A DNA stretch of 64,000 bases from an uncultured Planctomycetia bacterium (GTDB lineage Bacteria > Omnitrophota > Gorgyraeia > 1-14-0-20-64-10), in NCBI GenBank assembly GCA_964597545.1, contig CAZQXN010000008.1, positions 733-64,732 of the forward strand. Direction: 5' to 3'. Every line of letters begins with the position of its first letter. The stretch's first letter is position 1. Shown here in pieces: positions 10,033 through 18,215 of the stretch. The position numbers and the translations under genes were made by a program. The notes beneath the pieces were generated by a model. It saw nothing but the letters and a program-made list of their open reading frames with translations, made no database searches and was not told where the DNA came from.

Positions 10033-10479
10033 ATGAAACCGATGCGGATATTCTTGATGCTCATTGCAGTTTCTGTTTTGGCCTTTGGGTGCGCCACAGC
10101 CACCCCCACCCAGAAGGGTGCAGCCACCGGCTCTGTGATCGGAGCAGGCCTGGGAGCGATCATCGGCCACCAGTCCGGGGAAACCGGCAAGGGGGCTTTG
10201 ATCGGTGCTGCAGCCGGCGGTTTGACGGGGGCGCTAGTGGGTGATGCCATGGCGAGCAAATTCTGTCCGGTCTGCGGACGGTCCTACTTCTCTGGGGCGA
10301 CCCAGTGTCCGGTCGACGGAGCGGCACTGAGAAACAAGGGAGCGGTTCCCCAGACCGTCCAAGAGCAGCGGGTCGATGAGAGCTTACCCAAGTTCTGTGC
10401 GACTTGCGGACGGAGCTATGACGCATCAGCAGATTACTGCTCTGAAGACGGAACAGCCCTTAAGACAAAGAAACAGTAA
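10033..10479 (+). CDS. lipoprotein with glycine-zipper segment and two zinc-ribbon-like CxxC...C..DG motifs
   Basis: signal peptide plus lipobox LAFGC; GSVIGAGLGAIIG...GALIGAAAGGLTGALVG glycine zipper; FCPVCGRSY..QCPVDGAAL and FCATCGRSY..YCSEDGTAL; AGGAGG RBS 6 nt upstream of ATG 10033. Confidence 0.6.
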   Translation: MKPMRIFLMLIAVSVLAFGCATATPTQKGAATGSVIGAGLGAIIGHQSGETGKGALIGAAAGGLTGALVGDAMASKFCPVCGRSYFSGATQCPVDGAALRNKGAVPQTVQEQRVDESLPKFCATCGRSYDASADYCSEDGTALKTKKQ

Positions 10480-10541
10480 CTGCGTGACCTTATCGCGGGC
10501 CTGGCGGCCTTCTTAAAGCGCATAGCGAGCTCAGTTCAAGC

Positions 10542-11105
10542 ATGAGTTTGGCCAACAAGCTTTCCATCTTTCGGATCCTCCTGGTTCCGGCCTTTGTGGC
10601 GTGCCTGATCTACTACCGCCCAGAAGAATCAGAGTGGCTGCGGTTTCTAGCCGTGGCCCTGTTTGGTCTCGGGGTGATCACCGATGCGGTGGATGGGTAC
10701 ATTGCCCGAGCAGAGCATCAGGCCACCCGCTTGGGAGCGATCTTGGATCCGGCGGCCGACAAACTGTTCTTGGTGACGGCCTTCTTGTGCTTAAGCTTGA
10801 TCTCCACCCTCCCCGAGCAATTCCGCTTGCCTGCTTGGGTTCCGATTTTGGTTTTCAGTCGGGATTTGATTATTGTTTGCGGCTGGCTGTTGATCGTTTT
10901 GGTGACCGGGGACCTTCAGGCCAAGCCCTCCAAGCTCGGTAAGGTCACCACCTTTTTCCAGATGATGACGATTGTCAGCGTCTTGCTGGGGCTTCCCTTT
11001 TCTCGGATGGTTCTGGTTTTGGCGATGGTCTTGACGGTCCTTTCCGGCATCGGCTACTTGCGCCGCGGCAACCGCCTGCTCAACGGGGCTGCCAAAGCCC
11101 CGTAA
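10542..11105 (+). CDS. pgsA: CDP-diacylglycerol--glycerol-3-phosphate 3-phosphatidyltransferase
   Basis: CDP-alcohol phosphatidyltransferase motif DAVDGYIAR...GAILDPAADK; multi-TM. Confidence 0.85.
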   Translation: MSLANKLSIFRILLVPAFVACLIYYRPEESEWLRFLAVALFGLGVITDAVDGYIARAEHQATRLGAILDPAADKLFLVTAFLCLSLISTLPEQFRLPAWVPILVFSRDLIIVCGWLLIVLVTGDLQAKPSKLGKVTTFFQMMTIVSVLLGLPFSRMVLVLAMVLTVLSGIGYLRRGNRLLNGAAKAP

Positions 11106-11141
11106 GCGGCGGACACCATTCACAGGCAGAGAAGCACAGCC

Positions 11142-12497
11142 ATGTCTCAAACAACCGTTCCCACTGTAGCCCTCATTGGCCGGCCCAACGTGGGAAAATC
11201 TGCCCTCTTCAATCGGCTCCTGAGGCGCCGCCAGGCCCTTGTGGATGCCACCCCCGGGCTTACCCGGGACCGCCTTTACGGCGAGGTGCAGTGGCGGGGC
11301 AAGCACTTTCGGATCATCGATACCGGGGGCTTAAACTTCTCTAAGGCCGAGGCGATCTCCGAAGGGATTGCCGGCCAGGTGATCAAGGCGGTGGAGGAGG
11401 CGGATCTGTGCCTGCTGATCTGCGATGGCAAATCAGGTCCTCTGCCCCTGGATCGCGAAGTGGCCGATTGGGCTCGTCGATGGGGAAAGCCTGTGCTGGT
11501 GGTGGTCAATAAGATCGACAACGACAAGACCTTGGCTGGTATCTATGAGTTTTCTGCGTTGGGGCTGGGGGATCCTCTCGCCATCTCCTCCCTGCACGGC
11601 ATTCGGATTGGAGAGCTGCTGGATGAGATCCTCCTGCAATTCAAAGACGGAGAAGCTCCATCCCAAGAGGTATCATCCCAGCACGCCCCGTCCACTGTTC
11701 AGAAAGAAGGATCCCTGCGGGTGGCGATCGTGGGGCGGCCCAACGTCGGTAAATCTTCTCTGCTCAACCGCCTCCTGAATGAAGATAGGGTTCTGGTGGA
11801 TGCTGTTCCAGGGACCACGCGGGATCCGGTCGAGACCCTCTTGGATTACCGCCAACAGCGGTATGCCTTGATTGATACCGCCGGCATCCGTTCCAGACGG
11901 CACGTGAACAGCGCAATGGATGCGGTGGCGCGGTTGAAGGCCCAGCGGATGATCCGCTCCGCGGATGTCTGCTTAGGTGTGCTGGAGGCCAGCCGCGGTC
12001 TCATCAAGGATGATCTGAAACTCTTGGATTTGGTGATTACCTCCGGAAGGCCCCTCTGCTTGGCCCTCAACAAGTGGGATCTGTTGCCTCAGGAGGTTTC
12101 CCTTGAGGGGGTGGCTACCGAGATCTATCGGCGAGCCCCCTTCCTGCGTTTTGCCTCGATTATTGCCACCTCAGCTGCGACCGGTTTTCAAGTGCTGGGG
12201 GCTTTAGAAGCGTCAAAGGCGGCAGCAGACGAGGGGCGCCGGAAGATCACCACAGCACAAGCCCGGCATCTGCTGGAGGTGGTTCGAAAAGATCCTTCCG
12301 CTCCGGTTGGGGTTCGTAACGCCCACTTTATCCGGTTTTCACAGGCTTCGACCGCGCCCCCCGTGTTTCACCTCCTGGTTCGGGTGAAGCGTTCTTTTCG
12401 GGCGTCGGATGTCATGTTTCTAGAGAAGGTTTTTCGCAGGGAGCTGGGTTTTCAAGGTACACCCATTCGGCTGCATCTTTTGGTGAAGCGGCGATGA
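11142..12497 (+). CDS. der: ribosome-associated GTPase Der/EngA (tandem GTPase domains)
   Basis: two G-domains: GRPNVGKSALFNRL and GRPNVGKSSLLNRL; KH-like C-terminus. Confidence 0.95.
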   Translation: MSQTTVPTVALIGRPNVGKSALFNRLLRRRQALVDATPGLTRDRLYGEVQWRGKHFRIIDTGGLNFSKAEAISEGIAGQVIKAVEEADLCLLICDGKSGPLPLDREVADWARRWGKPVLVVVNKIDNDKTLAGIYEFSALGLGDPLAISSLHGIRIGELLDEILLQFKDGEAPSQEVSSQHAPSTVQKEGSLRVAIVGRPNVGKSSLLNRLLNEDRVLVDAVPGTTRDPVETLLDYRQQRYALIDTAGIRSRRHVNSAMDAVARLKAQRMIRSADVCLGVLEASRGLIKDDLKLLDLVITSGRPLCLALNKWDLLPQEVSLEGVATEIYRRAPFLRFASIIATSAATGFQVLGALEASKAAADEGRRKITTAQARHLLEVVRKDPSAPVGVRNAHFIRFSQASTAPPVFHLLVRVKRSFRASDVMFLEKVFRRELGFQGTPIRLHLLVKRR

Positions 12498-12699
12498 TTC
12501 GAGAGGCGACCGCTCGGGGGCGGAGTTGTGAAGAGACGTTTGTCGGCTCCAGCGTAGCCGACTGCACTCGGTCCGTGCGCTCGCTCGTCCCTCGCCCTGG
12601 CTCGGGACACCGTGCCCGCTCGCGCACGAAACACTCTTCAAACCCCGCACCCTCGGGTCGCCTTGCTCGAATCTATGCCTTAGGTTATGGAGGCGGAAG

Positions 12700-13317
12700 G
12701 TGATTATATTCGGTGTAATTTGTGGTGCTTTTTTGCTAGGTGCGATCCCAACCGGTTTGATCGTTACCCGTTTGACCCGGGGGGTGGATCTTCGAAAGCA
12801 CGGCAGCGGCAATGTGGGGGCCACCAACGTCTATCGAGTGGTCGGTAAGCTCCCCGGCATCTTTGTCTTGGCGGTGGATGTGGTCAAGGGTGTTGTGCCG
12901 GTGAAGTTCCTTGCTCCCGCCGCCATCGGCTGGGGGGCGCAGATTGCCCCTGAAACCCTCCCGCTCCTGCTGGGTGTAGCAGCGATTGCCGGCCACGTCT
13001 GGAATCCGTTCCTTGGTTTTAAAGGGGGCAAGGGGGTGGCAACCGCCTTGGGTGTTTTGTCTGCGCTGGATCTTCGAGTGGGGCTGGGTGTCTTGGTGGT
13101 TTGGGGCATCACTGCCTTCTGGAGCCGCTATGTCTCAGTGGCCTCCGTTGCAGCTGCTGTTGCTGCCCCCTTTCTGATGGCATTTTTAGCTCTTCCAACC
13201 ACCTGGGTCCTGGGTGGGGTAGGGGTGAGCTTGGTCATTATTGCCCGACACCGCCCCAATATCCTCCGCCTGCTCCACGGAGAAGAGAATCGTATCGGGA
13301 AACAACCCTCCTCGTAG
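12700..13317 (+). CDS. plsY: glycerol-3-phosphate acyltransferase PlsY
   Basis: GSGNVGATNVYRVVGK signature; multi-TM; GTG start. Confidence 0.9.
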   Translation: MIIFGVICGAFLLGAIPTGLIVTRLTRGVDLRKHGSGNVGATNVYRVVGKLPGIFVLAVDVVKGVVPVKFLAPAAIGWGAQIAPETLPLLLGVAAIAGHVWNPFLGFKGGKGVATALGVLSALDLRVGLGVLVVWGITAFWSRYVSVASVAAAVAAPFLMAFLALPTTWVLGGVGVSLVIIARHRPNILRLLHGEENRIGKQPSS

Positions 13318-13460
13318 CCCTATTTTGCCCCTTCTGCATTAAAATAACACAAAGTTAGTTATATACCAAACGGTAGGCGTTAATACAATACATAAAGTTA
13401 AATATTGTTGGAATAATTATGCAACTTAAAGCATTTTATAAAGTAGAGAGGTATAGCGCG

Positions 13461-14720
13461 ATGAGAAAACGATTCCATTACCGCGGTCGTGGCCTCCTCG
13501 GTCAGAAATTAGAGGGGGATATGACTGCCTCTGACACAGACGAGGTGGTGCGGCGCCTTCATGACGCCGGCTATGTGGTCACCGCTGTCTCCAGGGCAGC
13601 CGACCGAGATCGTTTTGCCCGGTGGCTGACGCAATTCGTCCCGCCTCAAGAGCGCGTGGTCCTGCTGGAGGCTTGGGCGATGTATCTGGAATCGGGGTTG
13701 CCCATCCAGACAGCCCTTCTTCGTTTGAGTACCACAACCCGCAATGTCGGTGTGGCCCAAACCATTCAGAGAATTGCGGAGTCCATCGACGAGGGGATGA
13801 CTCTCTCCGAGGCGCTTCGTAAAAACCGATTCCTCCCCCCTTCGTGGGTCAATACCGTTGAGATAGGAGAGAAGCAGGGTGATTTTGCAGGACCCCTGCG
13901 CTTGCTTCAAAGACACGAACAGCGCTTCCGCAGCATCAAGCAACAACTGGTCTCAATGCTCATGATGCCCGTGGTTTTGGTGCTGCTGGTTACCGTCTGG
14001 TTCTGGCTCTTTGTGACTCGCGTCATTCCCGTTCTTATCGATTTCATGAGTCAGTTGGGTACCACGGTACCCTTAAGCAAGCCGATCATCATCATCTCTC
14101 AGATCTTCTATTCCAATGCCCTCTGGATCTTCCTGGCGATGGCCTTAGGGGCAATCTTCTTTAAAATGACGAACCGCTCCGACGAGGAGATGGGGTTCTT
14201 CCAGAAGTGGATTCCTCCCTCGGTACCCTGGGTGGGGCCCGTGGTCTCCTCGATGCAGCTGATCGTCCTGGCCTCGGGCTTGCGCTTCCAGCTGGAGTCC
14301 GGGGTCACCCTGCGGGAGGCGGTCAGGGCCATGGCCCAGGGGATTCGCAATCGGGCTCTACGCCGTACGCTGGTCAGGGTCTATCGGAAGCTCCTCCGGG
14401 GGGCCACGGTGTCAGAGGCCTTCTCCTCCCTGTCGCTCATTCCGCCGATGTGGCATGCTCTCTTGGCAGCCGGCGAGGAGAGCGGCAAGATACCGCAGGT
14501 GTTGGAAGTCTTAGAGCGTGAGGCGCGGGCCGATCTGCTGGCCAGGGGTAAACGACTCACAGTTGCCATGCGCAGCTTTGTGGTCATGGCAGCCGGCATC
14601 ATGGTGGCAACGCAGGCCTCCCTCTTCTTTGCGCTGGTCTACTCCGGCGTGGAAACGGCGTTGCCTGCCATTACCCCGGAGACCCGCGTTGACATAACCT
14701 TTCTCATGCCGATCCAGTAA
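13461..14720 (+). CDS. GspF/PilC-family platform protein (type IV pilus/T2SS inner-membrane component), orphan
   Basis: two GspF-like repeats and 3 TM segments; N-terminus FHYRGRGLLGQKLEGDMTASDTDEVVRRLHDAGYVV matches the PilC N-terminal pattern; ATG 13461 after an extremely AT-rich 140-bp upstream region. Confidence 0.75.
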   Translation: MRKRFHYRGRGLLGQKLEGDMTASDTDEVVRRLHDAGYVVTAVSRAADRDRFARWLTQFVPPQERVVLLEAWAMYLESGLPIQTALLRLSTTTRNVGVAQTIQRIAESIDEGMTLSEALRKNRFLPPSWVNTVEIGEKQGDFAGPLRLLQRHEQRFRSIKQQLVSMLMMPVVLVLLVTVWFWLFVTRVIPVLIDFMSQLGTTVPLSKPIIIISQIFYSNALWIFLAMALGAIFFKMTNRSDEEMGFFQKWIPPSVPWVGPVVSSMQLIVLASGLRFQLESGVTLREAVRAMAQGIRNRALRRTLVRVYRKLLRGATVSEAFSSLSLIPPMWHALLAAGEESGKIPQVLEVLEREARADLLARGKRLTVAMRSFVVMAAGIMVATQASLFFALVYSGVETALPAITPETRVDITFLMPIQ

Positions 14721-14801
14721 TTCTTGCTCCAGAACACCCCTTTTTCACCCCGCTACACTCGTTGACCCTCATCCTCACAACATGGTACACTCATTTGTCT
14801 T

Positions 14802-15800
14802 ATGACTCATCGATGTCGCGTGACCATCCTGGGCGATGGGGGATGGGGCACTTGCTTGAGTGTTCATCTGGCTGCCTTAGGGCACCAGGTGACTCTGTGG
14901 GGTGTTTTCCCAGAACAGATCCGTCAGATTCAGTCCAAGCGGAAGAATGCCAAGTTTTTGCCTGGCGTACCGCTTCCGCCTGAACTTAAGCTGACCGCTG
15001 ATCTCTCTGAGGCCTGGAACCAAGCCGAAGTCATTGTTGTGGCGGTTCCTTCCCGTTACCTGCGTGCTGTGCTTCAGCGCTGCGGTGAGGGACCGTGGGC
15101 ACAGGCGGTGGTGGTCAACGTGGTTAAGGGGATTGAGCCGGACAGTCTTCTGCGCATGTCAGAGCTCATTCGGGAGATGGTTCCGGCGCAGAGGTTGGCG
15201 GTTCTTTCGGGCCCCTCCATCTCTTATGAGGTTGCCCGCGGGGTTCCGACGACCGTTGTGGCCGCCTCAGAGACCCAGGCATTGGCCGAGGAGGTGCAGA
15301 CCCTTTTTACCGCGGAGCACTTTCGGATCTACACAACGACCGATGTTATTGGTGTGGAGCTGGGAGGCGCACTCAAGAACGTGATTGCCATTGCCTGCGG
15401 CGTGGCCGATGGGCTTAAATTCGGCACCAACACCAAGGCGGCGCTCACCAGCAGAGGTCTGGTGGAGATGGCGCGGTTGGGGCAAGCGCTGGGAGCGGAT
15501 CCTAAGACCTTTTCGGGTTTAAGCGGCCTCGGGGATATGATCACCACCTGTTTTTCTTCGCACAGCAGAAATCGAGCTGTCGGAGAGCGTCTGGGGCGCG
15601 GAGAAAAGTTGGAGGCCATTGCTCAGGGCATGGAGCAGGTGGCCGAAGGGATTACCACCGCACAATCGGCGCATGCCTTGAGCCAACGGGCGGGCGTTGA
15701 GATGCCGATTGCCCAAGCGGTGTATCAGCTGCTGTACGAGAAGAAGCCTCCGCAGCAGGCCGTACGGGAGCTGATGCTTCGGGATCCCAAGCCGGAATAA
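14802..15800 (+). CDS. gpsA: NAD(P)H-dependent glycerol-3-phosphate dehydrogenase
   Basis: ILGDGGWGTCLSVHLA Rossmann N-terminus; GpsA family length and layout. Confidence 0.9.
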   Translation: MTHRCRVTILGDGGWGTCLSVHLAALGHQVTLWGVFPEQIRQIQSKRKNAKFLPGVPLPPELKLTADLSEAWNQAEVIVVAVPSRYLRAVLQRCGEGPWAQAVVVNVVKGIEPDSLLRMSELIREMVPAQRLAVLSGPSISYEVARGVPTTVVAASETQALAEEVQTLFTAEHFRIYTTTDVIGVELGGALKNVIAIACGVADGLKFGTNTKAALTSRGLVEMARLGQALGADPKTFSGLSGLGDMITTCFSSHSRNRAVGERLGRGEKLEAIAQGMEQVAEGITTAQSAHALSQRAGVEMPIAQAVYQLLYEKKPPQQAVRELMLRDPKPE

Positions 15801-15839
15801 TCTTTTGAAGACTCGAATCTAAAGGGAGAAGCACTGCGA

Positions 15840-16169
15840 ATGACAGAATCTGCGGTCCAGGAAAAAATCGAGGAAATGGTTCGGCGTATCGTCGATCAGT
15901 TTCATCCGGAGAAGATCATTCTATTCGGTTCCCATGCGCGGGGAGGTGCTGGTCCGGATAGCGATGTAGATTTGCTGGTGGTCATGCGCGTGGAAGGATC
16001 GCGGCGCAAGAAGGCCACGGAGATCGATTTGTCTCTATCCGATCGAAAGATACCCCTTGATCTCCTCCTCGTGACGCCGGAACAATTTGACCGCGAGCGA
16101 GAGATGGTTGGGACGGTTATCCGGCCGGCAGTGCACGAGGGAAAGGTGCTCTATGAGCGTGCCGCCTGA
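15840..16169 (+). CDS. minimal nucleotidyltransferase (MNT) antitoxin/toxin component
   Basis: IILFGSHARGGAGPDSDVDLLVV (GS...DxD nucleotidyltransferase motif); 109 aa; overlaps the HEPN gene. Confidence 0.8.
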   Translation: MTESAVQEKIEEMVRRIVDQFHPEKIILFGSHARGGAGPDSDVDLLVVMRVEGSRRKKATEIDLSLSDRKIPLDLLLVTPEQFDREREMVGTVIRPAVHEGKVLYERAA

Positions 16170-16569
16170 GATTCTCCGCGGGATCCGTCAGTGGATCGAA
16201 AGGGCGGAGGATGACCTCAGGAATGCCGAGCATACGCTGAGGCTTAAAGAAAATTGTCCGCTTTGGACCGTCTGCTTTCATGCCCAGCAGTGTGCGGAAA
16301 AGTATCTCAAGGGACTTCTTATTCTGCGGTCAATCGATTTTCCGAAAACGCATGATCTTGTTGTTCTGCTCAATCTTGCAGGGGGGCCTCAGGCTGTGGG
16401 AGTTGACCTGTTGGATGTGGAGCCGTTGAACCGGTATCCGGTGGAAGCCCGGTATCCCGGCGATTGGGATCCGGTTGATCGAGGGGAGGCCGAGCAGTCA
16501 GTGGGTATGGCCCGGAAAGTCCGCGAGGTGGTGCGGAGGCATTTCCCGGAGGCCGCCTTGAATGGATAA
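16153..16569 (+). CDS. HEPN-domain protein (partner of MNT)
   Basis: four-helix HEPN pattern; CFHAQQCAEKYLKGLL...THDL (Rx4-6H-like motif); start overlaps the MNT stop. Confidence 0.75.
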   Translation: MSVPPEILRGIRQWIERAEDDLRNAEHTLRLKENCPLWTVCFHAQQCAEKYLKGLLILRSIDFPKTHDLVVLLNLAGGPQAVGVDLLDVEPLNRYPVEARYPGDWDPVDRGEAEQSVGMARKVREVVRRHFPEAALNG

Positions 16570-16798
16570 GCGTCCGCTCCCATTTCCTGGTTTTGGGACT
16601 CTCAGGGAAGCATTTCAGGGAGGGCATCGGTGCGAAGGCGACTTGCCGGAGGCCGCCTACGGGAAAGCCATCAAGTACTGTTACGAGGATATGGAGGGCA
16701 AGCTCTGGATTACCAACGAGGAATACGCCAGCCAGGTGAATTTCTGTCCTTACTGCGGGCACAAGACAACAGTAGTGGTGGGACGTCACGATCTATGA
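16562..16798 (+). CDS. small Cys/His-rich protein (zinc-ribbon-like), unknown function
   Basis: 78 aa; HRCEGD, KYCYED, NFCPYCGHK; start overlaps the HEPN stop; stop overlaps the next start (ATGA). Confidence 0.45.
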   Translation: MDKRPLPFPGFGTLREAFQGGHRCEGDLPEAAYGKAIKYCYEDMEGKLWITNEEYASQVNFCPYCGHKTTVVVGRHDL

Positions 16799-17652
16799 TC
16801 ATCTTGCAACCGAATCAGTCAGAACAAAAAGCAAAACCCAAGACCCCCAAATCTTATATTGTTTTGGGTTGCATCGGTGGGGTCGTTTTAATGAATACAG
16901 TTGCGGGATTGGCTAGAGCCATTGGATTTTCCATTAAAGCACCTCCCCTGTCGCCTGATCAGGCATCGGCTTTTTCATCGTTTGTCGGAATTCTAGCAGC
17001 GGTTTCATTTATAGGTGGGTATTACTTGATTGCAAAAGTCGTCAAGCGGAGTCTGGCGATGGGGGTTATCGTACTGGCAGGGATTGGTTTTGTTGGGTTG
17101 TTATCGTATGCTGCGCAAGCAGGGACAAAGAGCCAAGTAGTCGGCTCTGGCCAAGCCGTTGCTATTACCCCATCGTTTGTAGAGCTTGATTCGAACATTG
17201 TTGATACAGATGAGTTTTCAATCTCGTTTCCTGCCAATCCCAGGAGAGCAGTTGTTACTCAAAAGGCTGGAGGCGAGAGCCTTCGTGTAGAAACCTATCA
17301 AGCAGGAGATGGCGTAGGTATGTACGCATTCTCCTACGGGCGGTTAAGCAGTGTTTTGAAAGGGGGTTCGCAGCAGAAAGAGTTTGTAAGGGATCTCTTC
17401 AAGGGTTTGCTCTCAACAGCAAAAAATGCTCAGACTCATACAGAGCATCAATCCGACCGGATGCCTTTCGACCTGTCGTATCTTTATACGAGTGACTTTC
17501 ATGGCGATACCTTAGCTCACATGGGAATGCTATTTCTTGTGGATGACAAAGCGTACATAAAGATTACCCTTGTCTATCCAGCGAGTCGTGTAGACGAAGC
17601 TGCGGAGAAATACACCCGGTTTTTAAACACACTCCAATTGAAGAAAAGGTGA
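16795..17652 (+). CDS. 3-TM membrane protein with ~170-aa soluble C-terminal domain, unknown function (low GC)
   Basis: ATG 16795 (the ORF-track 16630 start is an out-of-context N-terminal extension); TM helices YIVLGCIGGVVLMNTVAGLA, FSSFVGILAAVSFIGGYYLIA, LAMGVIVLAGIGFVGLL; GC visibly lower than the flanks. Confidence 0.6.
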   Translation: MIILQPNQSEQKAKPKTPKSYIVLGCIGGVVLMNTVAGLARAIGFSIKAPPLSPDQASAFSSFVGILAAVSFIGGYYLIAKVVKRSLAMGVIVLAGIGFVGLLSYAAQAGTKSQVVGSGQAVAITPSFVELDSNIVDTDEFSISFPANPRRAVVTQKAGGESLRVETYQAGDGVGMYAFSYGRLSSVLKGGSQQKEFVRDLFKGLLSTAKNAQTHTEHQSDRMPFDLSYLYTSDFHGDTLAHMGMLFLVDDKAYIKITLVYPASRVDEAAEKYTRFLNTLQLKKR

Positions 17653-17921
17653 TGCGACAATTAAAACTGGAAGACATGGTGCCGGGTATGAAATTGGGTT
17701 CCAACGAGAGTCTTGCTACCCTGATAGAGGATTTGACGCGGCCGCCCGGCGTCGGAAACGATTTTGAAATTCGAAGATCTAGGGCGAAGGCCGTCTTTGA
17801 ATACATGCACTCGCTTCAGGTGGCGAAAAATAGCGAGCAGGTACGGTATGCGACATTGGTCATAGCCGGGGCGACTGTGTTCAACGCTATCGTTCTTACC
17901 ATCACACTATTTTTTCTGTGA
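17649..17921 (+). CDS. small tail-anchored protein, unknown function (low GC)
   Basis: 90 aa; C-terminal TM ATLVIAGATVFNAIVLTITLFFL; ATGA overlap with the upstream gene. Confidence 0.5.
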   Translation: MMRQLKLEDMVPGMKLGSNESLATLIEDLTRPPGVGNDFEIRRSRAKAVFEYMHSLQVAKNSEQVRYATLVIAGATVFNAIVLTITLFFL

Positions 17922-18040
17922 TTCTTGGTTCAGTTTTTGGCAGGGGGGATAGGAATTGCTACGGTGGTCTATATTGGCCTACGGTGTTATCCGTTATAGT
18001 TTTTGTCGGGAAATCGGTTTTCGTAAGTTCTTATACCACA

Positions 18041-18117
18041 CGGGGCGTAGCGTAGTTTGGCAGCGCGCTTGCATGGGGTGCAAGAGGTCGGCAGTTCGAA
18101 TCTGCCCGCCCCGACCA
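18041..18117 (+). tRNA. tRNA-Pro (anticodon GGG)
   Basis: acceptor stem CGGGGCG/CGCCCCG, anticodon stem CTTGC/GCAAG with loop ATGGGGT, T-loop GGTTCGAATCC-like (CAGTTCGAATCTG), 3' ACCA encoded. Confidence 0.85.
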
Positions 18118-18138
18118 CTTAGCTAGAAGATAGGCAGA

Positions 18139-18191
18139 TGTCATCCTCCGGCTTGACCGGGGGATCGATTCCCGCTTTCGCGGGAATGACA
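18139..18191. repeat. palindromic repeat family B (GTCATCC-hairpin-GGATCGATYCCCGCTTTCGCGGGRATGACA)
   Basis: tgtcatcctccggcttgaccgggggatcgattcccgctttcgcgggaatgaca; near-identical copy at 38169-38220 and a half copy at 59695-59724. Confidence 0.75.
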
Positions 18192-18215
18192 AACCAGTAG
18201 AAACGACAGGAAAAA

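Noticed and set aside
9339-10259. 306-aa minus-strand ORF
   Set aside because: It overlaps lepB and the lipoprotein gene on the opposite strand, shows no domain signatures, and is Ala/Pro-rich junk typical of high-GC antisense frames.
16630-16794. N-terminal extension of the low-GC membrane protein (track start 16630)
   Set aside because: The extension is high-GC, overlaps the small zinc-ribbon ORF in another frame and has no TM or conserved features. ATG 16795 with an ATGA overlap is the likely start.
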